DNA from: Cyanidioschyzon merolae
Lineage: Eukaryota
Direction: 5' to 3' (one strand)
NCBI GenBank assembly: GCA_000091205.1
Contig: AP006502.2
Length of the DNA stretch: 64,000 nucleotides
Shown: in pieces, positions 22,480 to 33,638 of the stretch
How positions within the stretch are numbered: the stretch's first letter is position 1
How the letters are laid out: the number at the start of each line of letters is the position of its first letter
The notes under the pieces: generated by a model
What the model was told of the DNA's origin: nothing
The model's input: the letters and a program-made list of their open reading frames with translations, nothing else
Database searches by the model: none
Position numbers and translations under genes: made by a program

Positions 22480-23442
22480 TTACAGGGCTCTGTCATCTCG
22501 CATGGTGCTTGCTAGGACAGCGTCCGCACCTCGTTCACGCAGACCTCTCAGCAATGAGGCATTGGGGGCGTGCTCACGTGGCAGCTCCACGATGACTCGA
22601 AGCCCTAGTCTCCTAGCTTCCGGTGCGAACCGCTCGAGCAACGCCTCTGAGTCGCTAAGCATAGGCACAAGACTGTCGAGGTCTCTCTTCGCGAGAAGCA
22701 GAATGCTAATGCGGCCGTCATCGCTGTGCTGCCTCTTTGCTGTCAAAAGCGCATCCAACTCGGCGGCATCGTGCACTTCGATGATGGGCGCCATCCCCAG
22801 CGCAACGCTTGCCTTGGCAAAATACAGCGTATCCTTCAACCCAAGCACCTTCATGATAAGCACACAAGCATCAGCTTGATAAAAGCGCGCGTCGTACAGT
22901 TGCCATGGATACACGAAAATGTCCTTGCAGATAACCGGACACCTGACGACCTCATGAACCCTCCGAATATCCTCGTAGCTGCCGTAGAAGCGGCGCGACT
23001 CGGCATTCACCACGACTGCTCTGGCATCGTTCTTCTCTTCAGCCACATTTGCCAGAATAGGTGCAGACTCTGTGTCTTCCGGTGAGCAGCGCTGGTACTG
23101 GAAAAAGAGCACGCTCTCCGGCCCTGCGGAGTCCCAGAAAACCGAGTTGAGGTCGCGCACCGGAGCGACATCACTTTTCTCTAAGCGGCTTTTCATAAGG
23201 AACAGAGGCATGCGCTGCCGACGCACTTCAATTTCACGCTCTTTGGCCCAAACGAGCTCCTCGAGCAGGTTCCTCGGTTTATCCTCGGGGTTCTCAACGC
23301 CCCAGACGACGTTCTCTGCGAACACCTGACGGCCATTCCGGATGGAGCGTCGCCGAATCTGGTCAACTGCCTCGTTTGACCCTTCGCTACGCTCGCTGTG
23401 GTTGCATCTTAGGCTTACGATCCAACTCAGTCTCAAAGGCAT
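22480..23442 (-). CDS. trpC: indole-3-glycerol-phosphate synthase (TrpC), probably organelle (plastid) targeted
   Basis: IGPS motifs: VICKDIFVYPWQLYDARFYQADACVLI, APIIEVHDAAELDALL and GLRVIVELPRE. An N-terminal extension of about 40 aa looks transit-peptide-like. Confidence 0.8.
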   Translation of the reverse strand: MPLRLSWIVSLRCNHSERSEGSNEAVDQIRRRSIRNGRQVFAENVVWGVENPEDKPRNLLEELVWAKEREIEVRRQRMPLFLMKSRLEKSDVAPVRDLNSVFWDSAGPESVLFFQYQRCSPEDTESAPILANVAEEKNDARAVVVNAESRRFYGSYEDIRRVHEVVRCPVICKDIFVYPWQLYDARFYQADACVLIMKVLGLKDTLYFAKASVALGMAPIIEVHDAAELDALLTAKRQHSDDGRISILLLAKRDLDSLVPMLSDSEALLERFAPEARRLGLRVIVELPREHAPNASLLRGLRERGADAVLASTMRDDRAL

Positions 23443-24248
23443 GTTCTCGATTATAGCTTATCGAGGAAGAGACGGAAGCAAGAAGGCACGCCTGTCACGT
23501 TGTGCCGCTGTGGGTGCCTCGCAAAGCACCATTTATTCCTGGACATATTAGGCCAAGACAGTCCGATGCTGTCACCTGGCAAGTGTGCGTTTGGCTTCGC
23601 AGCGCCGGAGGCTCGGCACTGCAATGCAGTGCTTGCCACGGGCACGACAATCCAGAAAATCGTCTGATTCCGGAGCGCATGTGGGTGCATGAAGGAGCAT
23701 AGTTGATGCCCCGGAGGAAGGATGAGGCGTGCCTAGGTAACCGGTTGAATACCTTTCGCATAGGATACGGTGTTGCTGCAGAGTTCGCTCGATCATGTCT
23801 TTAGAACACACTCTAGAGCCCTGATGATGCATGCGGGTTGTATCGCTTTTTTCGTCGGATCCTATCCCGGATGCAGCCTGATGGTACACACGTGACGGGC
23901 TTCGAGCCGCGAGGGTGCATACCTGATGCATCAAGTGTGGGAATTCGCGGCATGAACAAGCATATCCGAAGCTGTTCATCATGCATGTCGCGTCAGCTGG
24001 GAACACGGTATAGATGCCTGCACGAGAAGCGGGCGCGTTTTCGGGCAATATTCGAACGTGTTCTCGGGGCGGAGCCTGCACTTCCATGAGGAATGCTGTG
24101 GCAGCCACGCAGTGAATGATTCACGAAACGATTCGCCGTCATATGCCTAGTCCCCAGCGGGTATACTGCGTTTAATTAACGTGGGGCGCTTGTCGCTTTC
24201 TGTGTCCTAAAAGCACAAAAAGCCTTGCTGATCAGGGTTATACTCGGT

Positions 24249-26829
24249 GCAGAGAATTCTGGAGTGCCTGTATCAGCACGCTGTTTTCGATTTATTTCGG
24301 GTTTCTCGCATACAGTCAACAAAGGAATGCATCCTGTACATTACAGAGAAGACACGGAAAGACTGGTGCTGTCAATGCTAGGATGCGTTCCATGGCCCTA
24401 CGACTACAAGTTCGCCGTTCTGCGCTCAGCGCGTGCATGAACCACACTCGTCGTTGCCCCTGAGCTGAACGTCCTGCACCCAAACCAGATCCCAGAGAAC
24501 GCCCACTAAACGACCGTCTCTCTGTCGATTCACGCCACGACATGCAGTCTCGAACAGGCCGCTATCACAGATGCCAAAGAATGCGACGTTTCCGTTCCGC
24601 AGATGCGAACGGCCACGAACACACGCAGACGGACAACCGAAAACGGCATGCTTATGAGCGGAACTGTCGCACGTCCAGCTGCACACACTTGATTCCGCAC
24701 GGAGACGCGTGTGAGCGCTTCCCATGGGCGACAAGCGCTCATCATCTCGGTCGCAGAGACCTCATTCCCGAGAATACCTGCATCACAATATGGGTACGCC
24801 AAGCAGGGCGTACCGCTGTTCGTAACGAAGGGACGCACGGGAAGACCGGCAGCACCAGCCCGAGTGGCAGTGCGGCCGTGTGGAGGCCTGCACTCGCGAA
24901 ACGCACAGCATCGTGCACTACGTCATCCCGTGTCTGAGCTGTCTCGTCGCGCGTTCATCTCCATACACTGGGTTGTCCTGATCGCGGACGACGCTGCTTT
25001 CCATCACTCAAACCCGGTCAAGGAGCGCGCACCTGAGGCAGGCGTTGAGCGGCTCCCTCCACTGGCTCGTGCTTCTGGGTTCATTCAAGTCGAGGCGTCT
25101 GCGCTGTTGTCAAGTGCCGTTTTCGCAGGCACGCGTCCGTGCACGAGCCGCTCGCAACCGTGAAACGCGTCTTGCACAATTCGTCTCTTGGTCTGTGTCA
25201 GCGATGAACTGGAGTGTTGCCCCTGTGCTCGTGGGCATGCGGCAGCGCGCCGGCGTGCTTCGGTCCTTGAGCGTGCCCGCGACGAACAGGATGACGAAAA
25301 GGTAACTAGATATACATATGTACGTGGGGCAGGGGATGTTTAGTGGCACTGTTTGCACACCGCACCGAGTCCAGGAGAGAAACCGGATGGAAAGCATCGG
25401 AAACACTGTTTGGCACACAGCGACGTGAGGGAGATTCAGAAGGATACCACCAGGCAAAGAAGAGGGAGATTCTCCGGGAAAGAGCGCAACAATGGGCATG
25501 AATGAAAAGCTGTCGGGGCGGAAAGATCAAACGTACGCCGTCCTTGAGGCGTCTCCGCCGAAACACATCAATGGGGAGAATGCTCCAGGACGTGAAATGC
25601 AGGATGCTATTAGGGATCGCACAGCGTCTTACTCGACACGTCGTGTCCAGCACCTCGCGCCTCGGTGCATACCGCCGAAGCATTGTTTTACGAGTTCTGG
25701 AAGAAGGTCTGGCAGCTGTCCACATTCCTCTGGATTATTTCGATCCAACTATCGTGCAGCAAGAGAACGGATGCTCGCGACAGACGATTCTCGATGGCCC
25801 AGTCATATGGTTCGAGATTCGCACAAACGCCTCGAATCGTACCTCGACATGCGCCAGCACAACGTCTTCGCTCGAAAAATGTTCTGCAGTGCATGTGCCA
25901 AATGGTATCAAATGCCTAACTGCAGACCGAAAAGCCTATGTTGGTGAACCTCGAGAGCTTCATGGAGCGCACCGTGTGGGCGTTGTATCCTCATCTTCGT
26001 GGGCCCGCAAAGAAGAGCTGATGGAGGGGATTCTCTGCTCCAGCTTGTACATGAGTGCCACTAGGTGTCACGGGGGCGATCCCTGGCATGGGCACGTGGT
26101 GTCGCGCTGGGGCCGCCACCCGTATCGCAGTGCGGAGGCAAGAGGCGTGTATTCGGGCACACGTTCAATGCGTCAGAAGAAGGAGATGATTGAGAGGTCG
26201 CGTCGCTTGCCCGTAGCCTATGGCGCTGCTCGTTCCGGGCAGCGTAAAACCTGCACTCGTACAGCCTTCGCGCCGAATGTGCAACGACTGCAGGAATCGA
26301 TGCTGCACAACTCCCATAGATGCATCCCCGACGACATACGCGCCTCACGAGCACGAGTGCACCCTGCAACAGGCCCAGAAGCAGTATGTGGAATGGAGTC
26401 GCATGCACGAGATGGCCTACGACCAGCTCAGCAAACATCAGATGCCGAGGCAATCGCCAGTGAGACGCTCGGTATGGTAGGATTCCACAGGCCGCAGTAC
26501 GCCCGAGCGAACAGTATCTGCGCGGAGACTTCAGCCCATCGATGACCTGCAGGTACCGTCTTGCACTTGCAGAGCGTCCGGCTTCCTTGCGTCGAGCGAG
26601 TTCTCGATGTCTACGCTCAGCACGCATCAGTCTGGGCGCTTCGCGAAAACGCTGCAGACCTGCGACGGAAGATAGAAACCCCATTGCCCAGGAGAGCGGG
26701 CATTGGATTCAAGCTTGAAGCGAGCCACAGGTATGGTATGGTACCGCGATCCAGCAAGATTACAGCGCTCAATATCTGCACCGAAAAACCTTTCCCAGGG
26801 CACCTGCTAGACGATATTTGGGTTTTGTT
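24249..26829 (+). repeat. 2581-bp direct repeat, copy 1 (upstream of SERCA)
   Basis: Near-identical (about 99.5%) to 30385-32965 at a constant offset of 6136 bp. Only a handful of single-base differences are visible as amino-acid changes in the duplicated ORFs. Confidence 0.95.
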
Positions 26830-27054
26830 CCACGATATCACCCATCCTGGTCAAGTACCGCTCCAACTGAACATAAACGGTACCTGATTCCACGCTTACG
26901 AACTTTGCACACACATCCCGTGAATTCTGGTTGAACGCAAGCGTCCAGCACGATGCCATACCACAAAACACAGAGCCGTGGAAGCCGATGCACCAGAGGT
27001 CGCCTCGTCACGCTCGACGAGCGCCTCTGTTGGCGCTACGCCAGCGTTCCCAGT

Positions 27055-27164
27055 CGGCAGTCTAAAATCGACGCTGGCGACGTGCAGGCGGGCGAGTGTA
27101 CCCAGGAGCGGCGTGTGTCCAGCACCGGCGCCTGCGCGTTGCCAGCGTCGATTTTAGACTGCCG
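27055..27164. repeat. long inverted repeat (hairpin), 23-bp perfect core plus extended imperfect stem of about 35 bp, loop of about 37 nt
   Basis: ggcagtctaaaatcgacgctggc (27056-27078) is the exact reverse complement of gccagcgtcgattttagactgcc (27141-27163). Pairing continues inward with G-U/G-T wobbles. It sits 117 bp upstream of the SERCA ATG. Confidence 0.9.
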
Positions 27165-27280
27165 CCCCGGTCAACGAAGCGCTTGTCGTGGCCCGCGACG
27201 CATACCGAATCCAGGCGGTGCTCGGTAGCTTGTCGAGACGTTCAGCAACGTCTCTCTGGACCAAAAGTCGTGTGTGTTCC

Positions 27281-30200
27281 ATGGAAGACGCGTTCTGCAG
27301 GACTGCTGAAGAGGTTCTCGAAGCATTTCAAGTACGCAAGGACTATGGCCTCACTGAGGAACAGGTGGCGCTGTACGCCCAGCGGTACGGTAGGAACGTA
27401 ACAGCTCGTGAGGAGAGCGCACCGCTGTGGCAGCTTGTCGTGAAACAGTTTCAGGATCAGTTAGTTTTAATACTTTTGGGTGCTGCTGGAATTTCTTTTA
27501 TTCTAGCTTTATTTGAGGACGATGAGGATCGGGTAACAGCGTTTTTTGAGCCTCTGGTTATCGTCTTGATTCTCGCTGCGAACGCTACTGTCGGTGTGAT
27601 TCAGGAGACCAACGCAGAGAAGGCGATAGAAGCCTTACGGGAGTATGAACCGGACGACGCTACCGTCTTGCGCTGCGGAGAACTTCGGCGGGTGCGGTCA
27701 GAAGAGCTTGTTCCCGGTGATATTATCGAGGTTTCTGTGGGTATGCGCGTTCCAGCGGACTGTCGCATCATCGAACTTGCCTCCACGGTACTCTACGCGG
27801 ACCAATCCGTCCTCACCGGGGAGAGCATCAGCGTGAGCAAGTCTCCAGAGGCTATAACGGACACGCAGTGCATGATTCAGGACAAGACCTGCCTGCTATT
27901 CGCAGGTTGTACGATTGTGCGCGGCAAGGCCCGGTGCGTTGTTACTCAAGTCGGTGAACGAACGGAAATCGGGAAAGTGCGCCGCAATATCGCAGAAACA
28001 AAAGCGGTGATGACGCCTCTCAAGCGCCGCTTGGATGAGTTCGGCTCACTCCTCAGCAAAATCATTCTGTTGATCTGCGTTCTGGTGTGGCTGATCAATA
28101 TTCGAAACTTTTGGAACCCCGAGCACGGGGGGTTCCTTCGAGGTGCAGTCTATTATTTCAAGATAGCTGTTGCTTTGGCTGTAGCAGCGATACCAGAAGG
28201 TCTGCCTGCTGTTGTAACGACATGCTTGGCACTCGGTACAAAACGAATGGCCCGCAAGAATGCGATCGTGCGCTCGCTGCCGAGCGTGGAAACGCTGGGA
28301 TGCACCAGTGTTATCTGCTCGGACAAGACAGGAACCATCACGACGAATCGCATGTGTGTGACGCGTGTCTTGCTGGTGAGCGATGTGCTCCCCGCCGGCG
28401 ATGGAAAGCTTCTGGACCTCGAAGTGACGGGCCACGGAGACTTCTCACCGTTTGGAAATGTTGTCTACAACGGTTCAGTCTTGGAGAGTCCCCTGAAGAG
28501 CCTGCCCCCGTTGGCGGAGCTGAGCATCGCGGCAACCTTCTGTAACGATGCTTCAATCACCTTCAACATGAAAGGAAGACAGTACGACAAAATCGGGGAA
28601 GGGACTGAGGCAGCCCTGATCACGCTGGTGGAGAAGCTTCGCACGCCCGATGAACACTACAATGCGGAAATATCTCACATGCCTCTCGTGCAACGTGCAA
28701 CGGCAACCAGAGCCTACTGGAACCGGCTCTTCGAGCGCGTTGCAACACTAGAATTCACCCGCGATCGCAAATCAATGAGTGTCTTTTGTCGTCGTTTATC
28801 TGACGAGTCGCTCCATATGTTCGTGAAGGGCGCTCCCGAACGCATTCTGGAGAACAGCGATTATGTATGCATTGGCAACGGTATGCGTATTCCGATCACG
28901 CCGGTGCTTCGTCGTCAGCTTCTGGATGCGGTCGCGAGTCTCAGCAGCGGTGTCCATGCGCTGCGAACGCTCGCGATTGCAACTAGAGATCATCCACCAG
29001 CATTGGAAACCGTAGATATGCGCGACACCCAAAGCTTTGCGCGATACGAATCCAACCTGACGTTCATTGGGCTGGTCGGGATGATTGACCCACCGCGGGA
29101 GGAGGTGCGTGCTGCCATCGAGACCTGTGCGCTTGCCGGAATCCGCGTGATTGTTATCACCGGAGACAACAAAGCAACCGCTGAGGCTATCTGTCGACAG
29201 GTGGGTATATTTGATGACTACGAAGATCTCTCAGGGAAAAGTTACACTGGTCGAGAGTTTGAATTGCTTCCCGAGGATGCACGTCGCCAGGTCGTCCGAA
29301 GAGCGCGTCTTTTTGCGCGCGTCGAGCCGCTCTGCAAACAACGCATCGTGACGCTTCTGCAAGAGCGAGGTGAAGTAGTCGCCGTCACCGGCGACGGTGT
29401 GAACGACGCTCCGGCCCTGAAAGCTGCAGATATCGGCATCTCCATGGGTACCGGGACTGCCGTTGCAAAGGGTGCCGCGGACATGGTACTCGGCGATGAT
29501 AACTTCGCCACGATCGTTGCTGCGGTAGAAGAGGGTCGCGCGATCTACGAAAACATGCGACAGTTCATTCGATATCTCATCTCGTCGAACATCGGGGAGG
29601 TTTGGTGCGTTTTCCTTACCGCTGTGCTGCATACACCCGAAGCGCTGGCACCGGTGCAGTTACTCTGGGTCAATCTGGTGACTGACGGTTTACCAGCTAC
29701 CGCGCTTTCCTTTAATCGACCGGCCAAGAACATCATGCAGCAACCACCGCGACCCAGCAATGAGCACATCGTGAATGGGTGGCTTCTCTTCCGCTATCTC
29801 GTCATCGGTACTTACGTAGGTGTTGCGACAATCGCTGGGCTCATCTGGTGGTACATGTTCTATGCAGGCGGACCTCAACTCTCCTGGTCTGAACTGCGCC
29901 TGCATCGACAGTGCCAGTCTGGAAACGACTTGGGTACAGGTCTCGCTATCAGCTGCGACATTTTCCGAAGCAGGCACCCGAGCACTGTCTCCTTATCCAT
30001 ACTCGTGACCATCGAGATGCTGAATGCACTGAATTCTCTCGCTGAAAACGAGAGTATTACCATCGTCGGACCATGGACGAACCCGTTCCTCGTACTCGCG
30101 ATATGCCTGAGTTTGGCGCTTCACGCGATCATTCTTTATGTGCCGTTCTTCAATCGTGTATTTGCAACAGCCCCGCTCGATTTTCAAGAATGGGTAGCAG

Positions 30201-30298
30201 TCCTATGGCTCAGTCTGCCGGTGGTATGGCTCGATGAAGGGCTCAAATATTTCAGTCGACTGCAGAAACGTCGTCAAACAATCAAGAAGATGCGGTAA
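27281..30298 (+). CDS. sarco/endoplasmic reticulum Ca2+-transporting P-type ATPase (SERCA/ECA type)
   Basis: P-type ATPase hallmarks: ICSDKTGTITTNRM, KGAPE, TGDGVNDAPALKAADIGISMG and VAAVEEGRAIYENMRQFIRYLISSNIGEV. The track start at 27188 is a GTG codon. The first ATG at 27281 gives MEDAFCRTAEEVLEAFQV, which matches the canonical SERCA N-terminus. This is a single exon of about 1005 aa. Confidence 0.95.
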   Translation: MEDAFCRTAEEVLEAFQVRKDYGLTEEQVALYAQRYGRNVTAREESAPLWQLVVKQFQDQLVLILLGAAGISFILALFEDDEDRVTAFFEPLVIVLILAANATVGVIQETNAEKAIEALREYEPDDATVLRCGELRRVRSEELVPGDIIEVSVGMRVPADCRIIELASTVLYADQSVLTGESISVSKSPEAITDTQCMIQDKTCLLFAGCTIVRGKARCVVTQVGERTEIGKVRRNIAETKAVMTPLKRRLDEFGSLLSKIILLICVLVWLINIRNFWNPEHGGFLRGAVYYFKIAVALAVAAIPEGLPAVVTTCLALGTKRMARKNAIVRSLPSVETLGCTSVICSDKTGTITTNRMCVTRVLLVSDVLPAGDGKLLDLEVTGHGDFSPFGNVVYNGSVLESPLKSLPPLAELSIAATFCNDASITFNMKGRQYDKIGEGTEAALITLVEKLRTPDEHYNAEISHMPLVQRATATRAYWNRLFERVATLEFTRDRKSMSVFCRRLSDESLHMFVKGAPERILENSDYVCIGNGMRIPITPVLRRQLLDAVASLSSGVHALRTLAIATRDHPPALETVDMRDTQSFARYESNLTFIGLVGMIDPPREEVRAAIETCALAGIRVIVITGDNKATAEAICRQVGIFDDYEDLSGKSYTGREFELLPEDARRQVVRRARLFARVEPLCKQRIVTLLQERGEVVAVTGDGVNDAPALKAADIGISMGTGTAVAKGAADMVLGDDNFATIVAAVEEGRAIYENMRQFIRYLISSNIGEVWCVFLTAVLHTPEALAPVQLLWVNLVTDGLPATALSFNRPAKNIMQQPPRPSNEHIVNGWLLFRYLVIGTYVGVATIAGLIWWYMFYAGGPQLSWSELRLHRQCQSGNDLGTGLAISCDIFRSRHPSTVSLSILVTIEMLNALNSLAENESITIVGPWTNPFLVLAICLSLALHAIILYVPFFNRVFATAPLDFQEWVAVLWLSLPVVWLDEGLKYFSRLQKRRQTIKKMR

Positions 30299-30384
30299 AA
30301 GGCTCTGGAAGAGAATGCAATCCGGGAACACCAGCCGCTACAGCAGCGACAACACTCTGCCTCGGAACCTAGACAAGCCCTGGA

Positions 30385-32965
30385 GCAGAGAATTCTTGAG
30401 TACCTGTATCAGCACGCTGTTTTCGATTTATTTCGGGTTTCTCGCATACAGTCAACAAAGGAATGCATCCTGTACATTACAGAGAAGACACGGAAAGACT
30501 GGTGCTGTCAATGCTAGGATGCGTTCCATGGCCCTACGACTACAAGTTCGCCGTTCTGCGCTCAGCGCGTGCATGAACCACACTCGTCGTTGCCCCTGAG
30601 CTGAACGTCCTGCACCCAAACCAGATCCCAGAGAACGCCCACTAAACGACCGTCTCTCTGTCGATTCACGCCACGACATGCAGTCTCGAACAGGCCGCTA
30701 TCACAGATGCCAAAGAATGCGACGTTTCCGTTCCGCAGATGCGAACGGCCACGAACACACGCAGACGGACAACCGAAAACGGCATGCTTATGAGCGGAAC
30801 TGTCGCACGTCCAGCTGCACACACTTGATTCCGCACGGAGACGCGTGTGAGCGCTTCCCATGGGCGACAAGCGCTCATCATCTCGGTCGCAGAGACCTCA
30901 TTCCCGAGAATACCTGCATCACAATATGGGTACGCCAAGCAGGGCGTACCGCTGTTCGTAACGAAGGGACGCACGGGAAGACCGGCAGCACCAGCCCGAG
31001 TGGCAGTGCGGCCGTGTGGAGGCCTGCACTCGCGAAACGCACAGCATCGTGCACTACGTCATCCCGTGTCTGAGCTGTCTCGTCGCGCGTTCATCTCCAT
31101 ACACTGGGTTGTCCTGATCGCGGACGACGCTGCTTTCCATCACTCAAACCCGGTCAAGGAGCGCGCACCTGAGGCAGGCGTTGAGCGGCTCCCTCCACTG
31201 GCTCGTGCTTCTGGGTTCATTCAAGTCGAGGCGTCTGCGCTGTTGTCAAGTGCCGTTTTCGCAGGCACGCGTCCGTGCACGAGCCGCTCGCAACCGTGAA
31301 ACGCGTCTTGCACAATTCGTCTCTTGGTCTGTGTCAGCGATGAACTGGAGTGTTGCCCCTGTGCTCGTGGGCATGCGGCAGCGCGCCGGCGTGCTTCGGT
31401 CCTTGAGCGTGCCCGCGACGAACAGGATGACGAAAAGGTAACTAGATATACATATGTACGTGGGGCAGGGGATGTTTAGTGGCACTGTTTGCACACCGCA
31501 CCGAGTCCAGGAGAGAAACCGGATGGAAAGCATCGGAAACACTGTTTGGCACACAGCGACGTGAGGGAGATTCAGAAGGATACCACCAGGCAAAGAAGAG
31601 GGAGATTCTCCGGGAAAGAGCGCAACAATGGGCATGAATGAAAAGCTGTCGGGGCGGAAAGATCAAACGTACGCCGTCCTTGAGGCGTCTCCGCCGAAAC
31701 ACATCAATGGGGAGAATGCTCCAGGACGTGAAATGCAGGATGCTATTAGGGATCGCACAGCGTCTTACTCGACACGTCGTGTCCAGCACCTCGCGCCTCG
31801 GTGCATACCGCCGAAGCATTGTTTTACGAGTTCTGGAAGAAGGTCTGGCAGCTGTCCACATTCCTCTGGATTATTTCGATCCAACTATCGTGCAGCAAGA
31901 GAACGGATGCTCGCGACAGACGATTCTCGATGGCCCAGTCATATGGTTCGAGATTCGCACAAACGCCTCGAATCGTACCTCGACATGCGCCAGCACAACG
32001 TCTTCGCTCGAAAAATGTTCTGCAGTGCATGTGCCAAATGGTATCAAATGCCTAACTGCAGACCGAAAAGCCTATGTTGGTGAACCTCGAGAGCTTCATG
32101 GAGCGCACCGTGTGGGCGTTGTATCCTCATCTTCGTGGGCCCGCAAAGAAGAGCTGATGGAGGGGATTCTCTGCTCCAGCTTGTACATGAGTGCCACTAA
32201 GTGTCACGGGGGCGATCCCTGGCATGGGCACGTGATGTCGCGCTGGGGCCGCCACCCGTATCGCAGTGCGGAGGCAAGAGGCGTGTATTCGGGCACACGT
32301 TCAATGCGTCGGAAGAAGGAGATGATTGAGAGGTCGCGTCGCTTGCCCGTAGCCTATGGCGCTGCTCGTTCCGGGCAGCGTAAAACCTGCACTCGTACAG
32401 CCTTCGCGCCGAATGTGCAACGACTGCAGGAATCGATGCTGCACAACTCCCATAGATGCATCCCCGACGACATACGCGCCTCACGAGCACGAGTGCACCC
32501 TGCAACAGGCCCAGAAGCAGTATGTGGAATGGAGTCGCATGCACGAGATGGCCTACGACCAGCTCAGCAAACATCAGATGCCGAGGCAATCGCCAGTGAG
32601 ACGCTCGGTATGGTAGGATTCCACAGGCCGCAGTACGCCCGAGCGAACAGGATCTGCGCGGAGACCTCAGCCCATCGATGACCTGCGGGTACCGTCTTGC
32701 ACTTGCAGAGCGTCCGGCTTCCTTGCGACGAGCGAGTTCTCGATGTCTACGCTCAGCACGCATCAGTCTGGGCGCTTCGCGAAAACGCTGCAGACCTGCG
32801 ACGGAAGATAGAAACCCCATTGCCCAGGAGAGCGGGCATTGGATTCAAGCTTGAAGCGAGCCACAGGTATGGTATGGTACCGCGATCCAGCAAGACTACA
32901 GCGCTCAATATCTGCACCGAAAAACCTTTCCCGGGGCACCTGCTAGACGATATTTGGGTTTTGTT
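30385..32965 (+). repeat. 2581-bp direct repeat, copy 2 (starts 87 bp after the SERCA stop)
   Basis: See copy 1. Homology stops abruptly at ...gatatttgggttttgtt in both copies. Confidence 0.95.
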
Positions 32966-33627
32966 ATTTGATTTTACGCAGCGTATCTGCTCGCCTACCG
33001 TCTGGGAAAATGTACTAGTCGAAAACAGTCAGGCCGACGGGTTCGTCGCATGATGCTTGCTCGTGTAGGCAACGCTATTCGCAAAGCGTTCGCTTCATTT
33101 CAAACACTATTTCCGCTGGGCGGGTGGCGTGGCGCGTCACGTTCCATGGTGCATGCTCTATCCAGTCCGCAGAAAGCGCTCCCAGACAGCCTGCTGAGCT
33201 TCGGTGTGGCCTGCGACATGAAAGGTCGACTTTGCTGCGCACTGGCTACACGAACAGCGCCCGACTCTTGCGCTTCGATCGATCATTTCGATGTTTCCGC
33301 GTACAGCACTGGCCGTAGCCTAAACACGACATGTTTGCCCGCCTGATGATATGGATCGCAGGCAATGCATCGCGATTATCGCCACTATGGAGCTAACGCA
33401 TCGCGTCATTCAGCGTAGCATCTCGTCATCGCTTAGTTCAAGCTCAAGAGTAGCAAATATTGTTTGTGCTTAATCATCCGCGAAGTGTTAGCGTCATCGA
33501 AACGACTGAAGCTGGCCATACACACACATACGGGAGCATCTGATCACATACATCCACCTTCAGTCAATAAACATGACTCGAGCTCTGGAGCGCGATTGCC
33601 TCACAAGCGAATGACTTGATCTCCCGT

Positions 33628-33638
33628 GGGGGGGGGGG
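33628..33638. repeat. G11 homopolymer
   Basis: A direct read of gtggggggggggggtg. Confidence 0.8.

Noticed and set aside
22277-22879. 200-aa plus-strand ORF.
   Set aside because: It lies entirely antisense within the strongly supported TrpC gene and is Ser/Ala-rich low complexity.
25502-26545. 347-aa ATG-initiated ORF inside the 2.58-kb direct repeat (duplicated at 31638-32681). Further long ORFs on both strands of the repeat, for example 26061-26684 minus.
   Set aside because: The sequence is Arg/Ser/Ala-rich and low-complexity with no motif. Mutually overlapping ORFs occur in most frames and both strands, as expected for GC-rich non-coding DNA. The differences between the two copies are not biased toward synonymous sites. 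This ORF is treated as non-coding repeat sequence.
28046-28435. 129-aa ORF antisense to SERCA. Similar antisense ORFs lie within NFS1 (10492-10914, 10667-11092).
   Set aside because: These are shadow ORFs inside confirmed genes.
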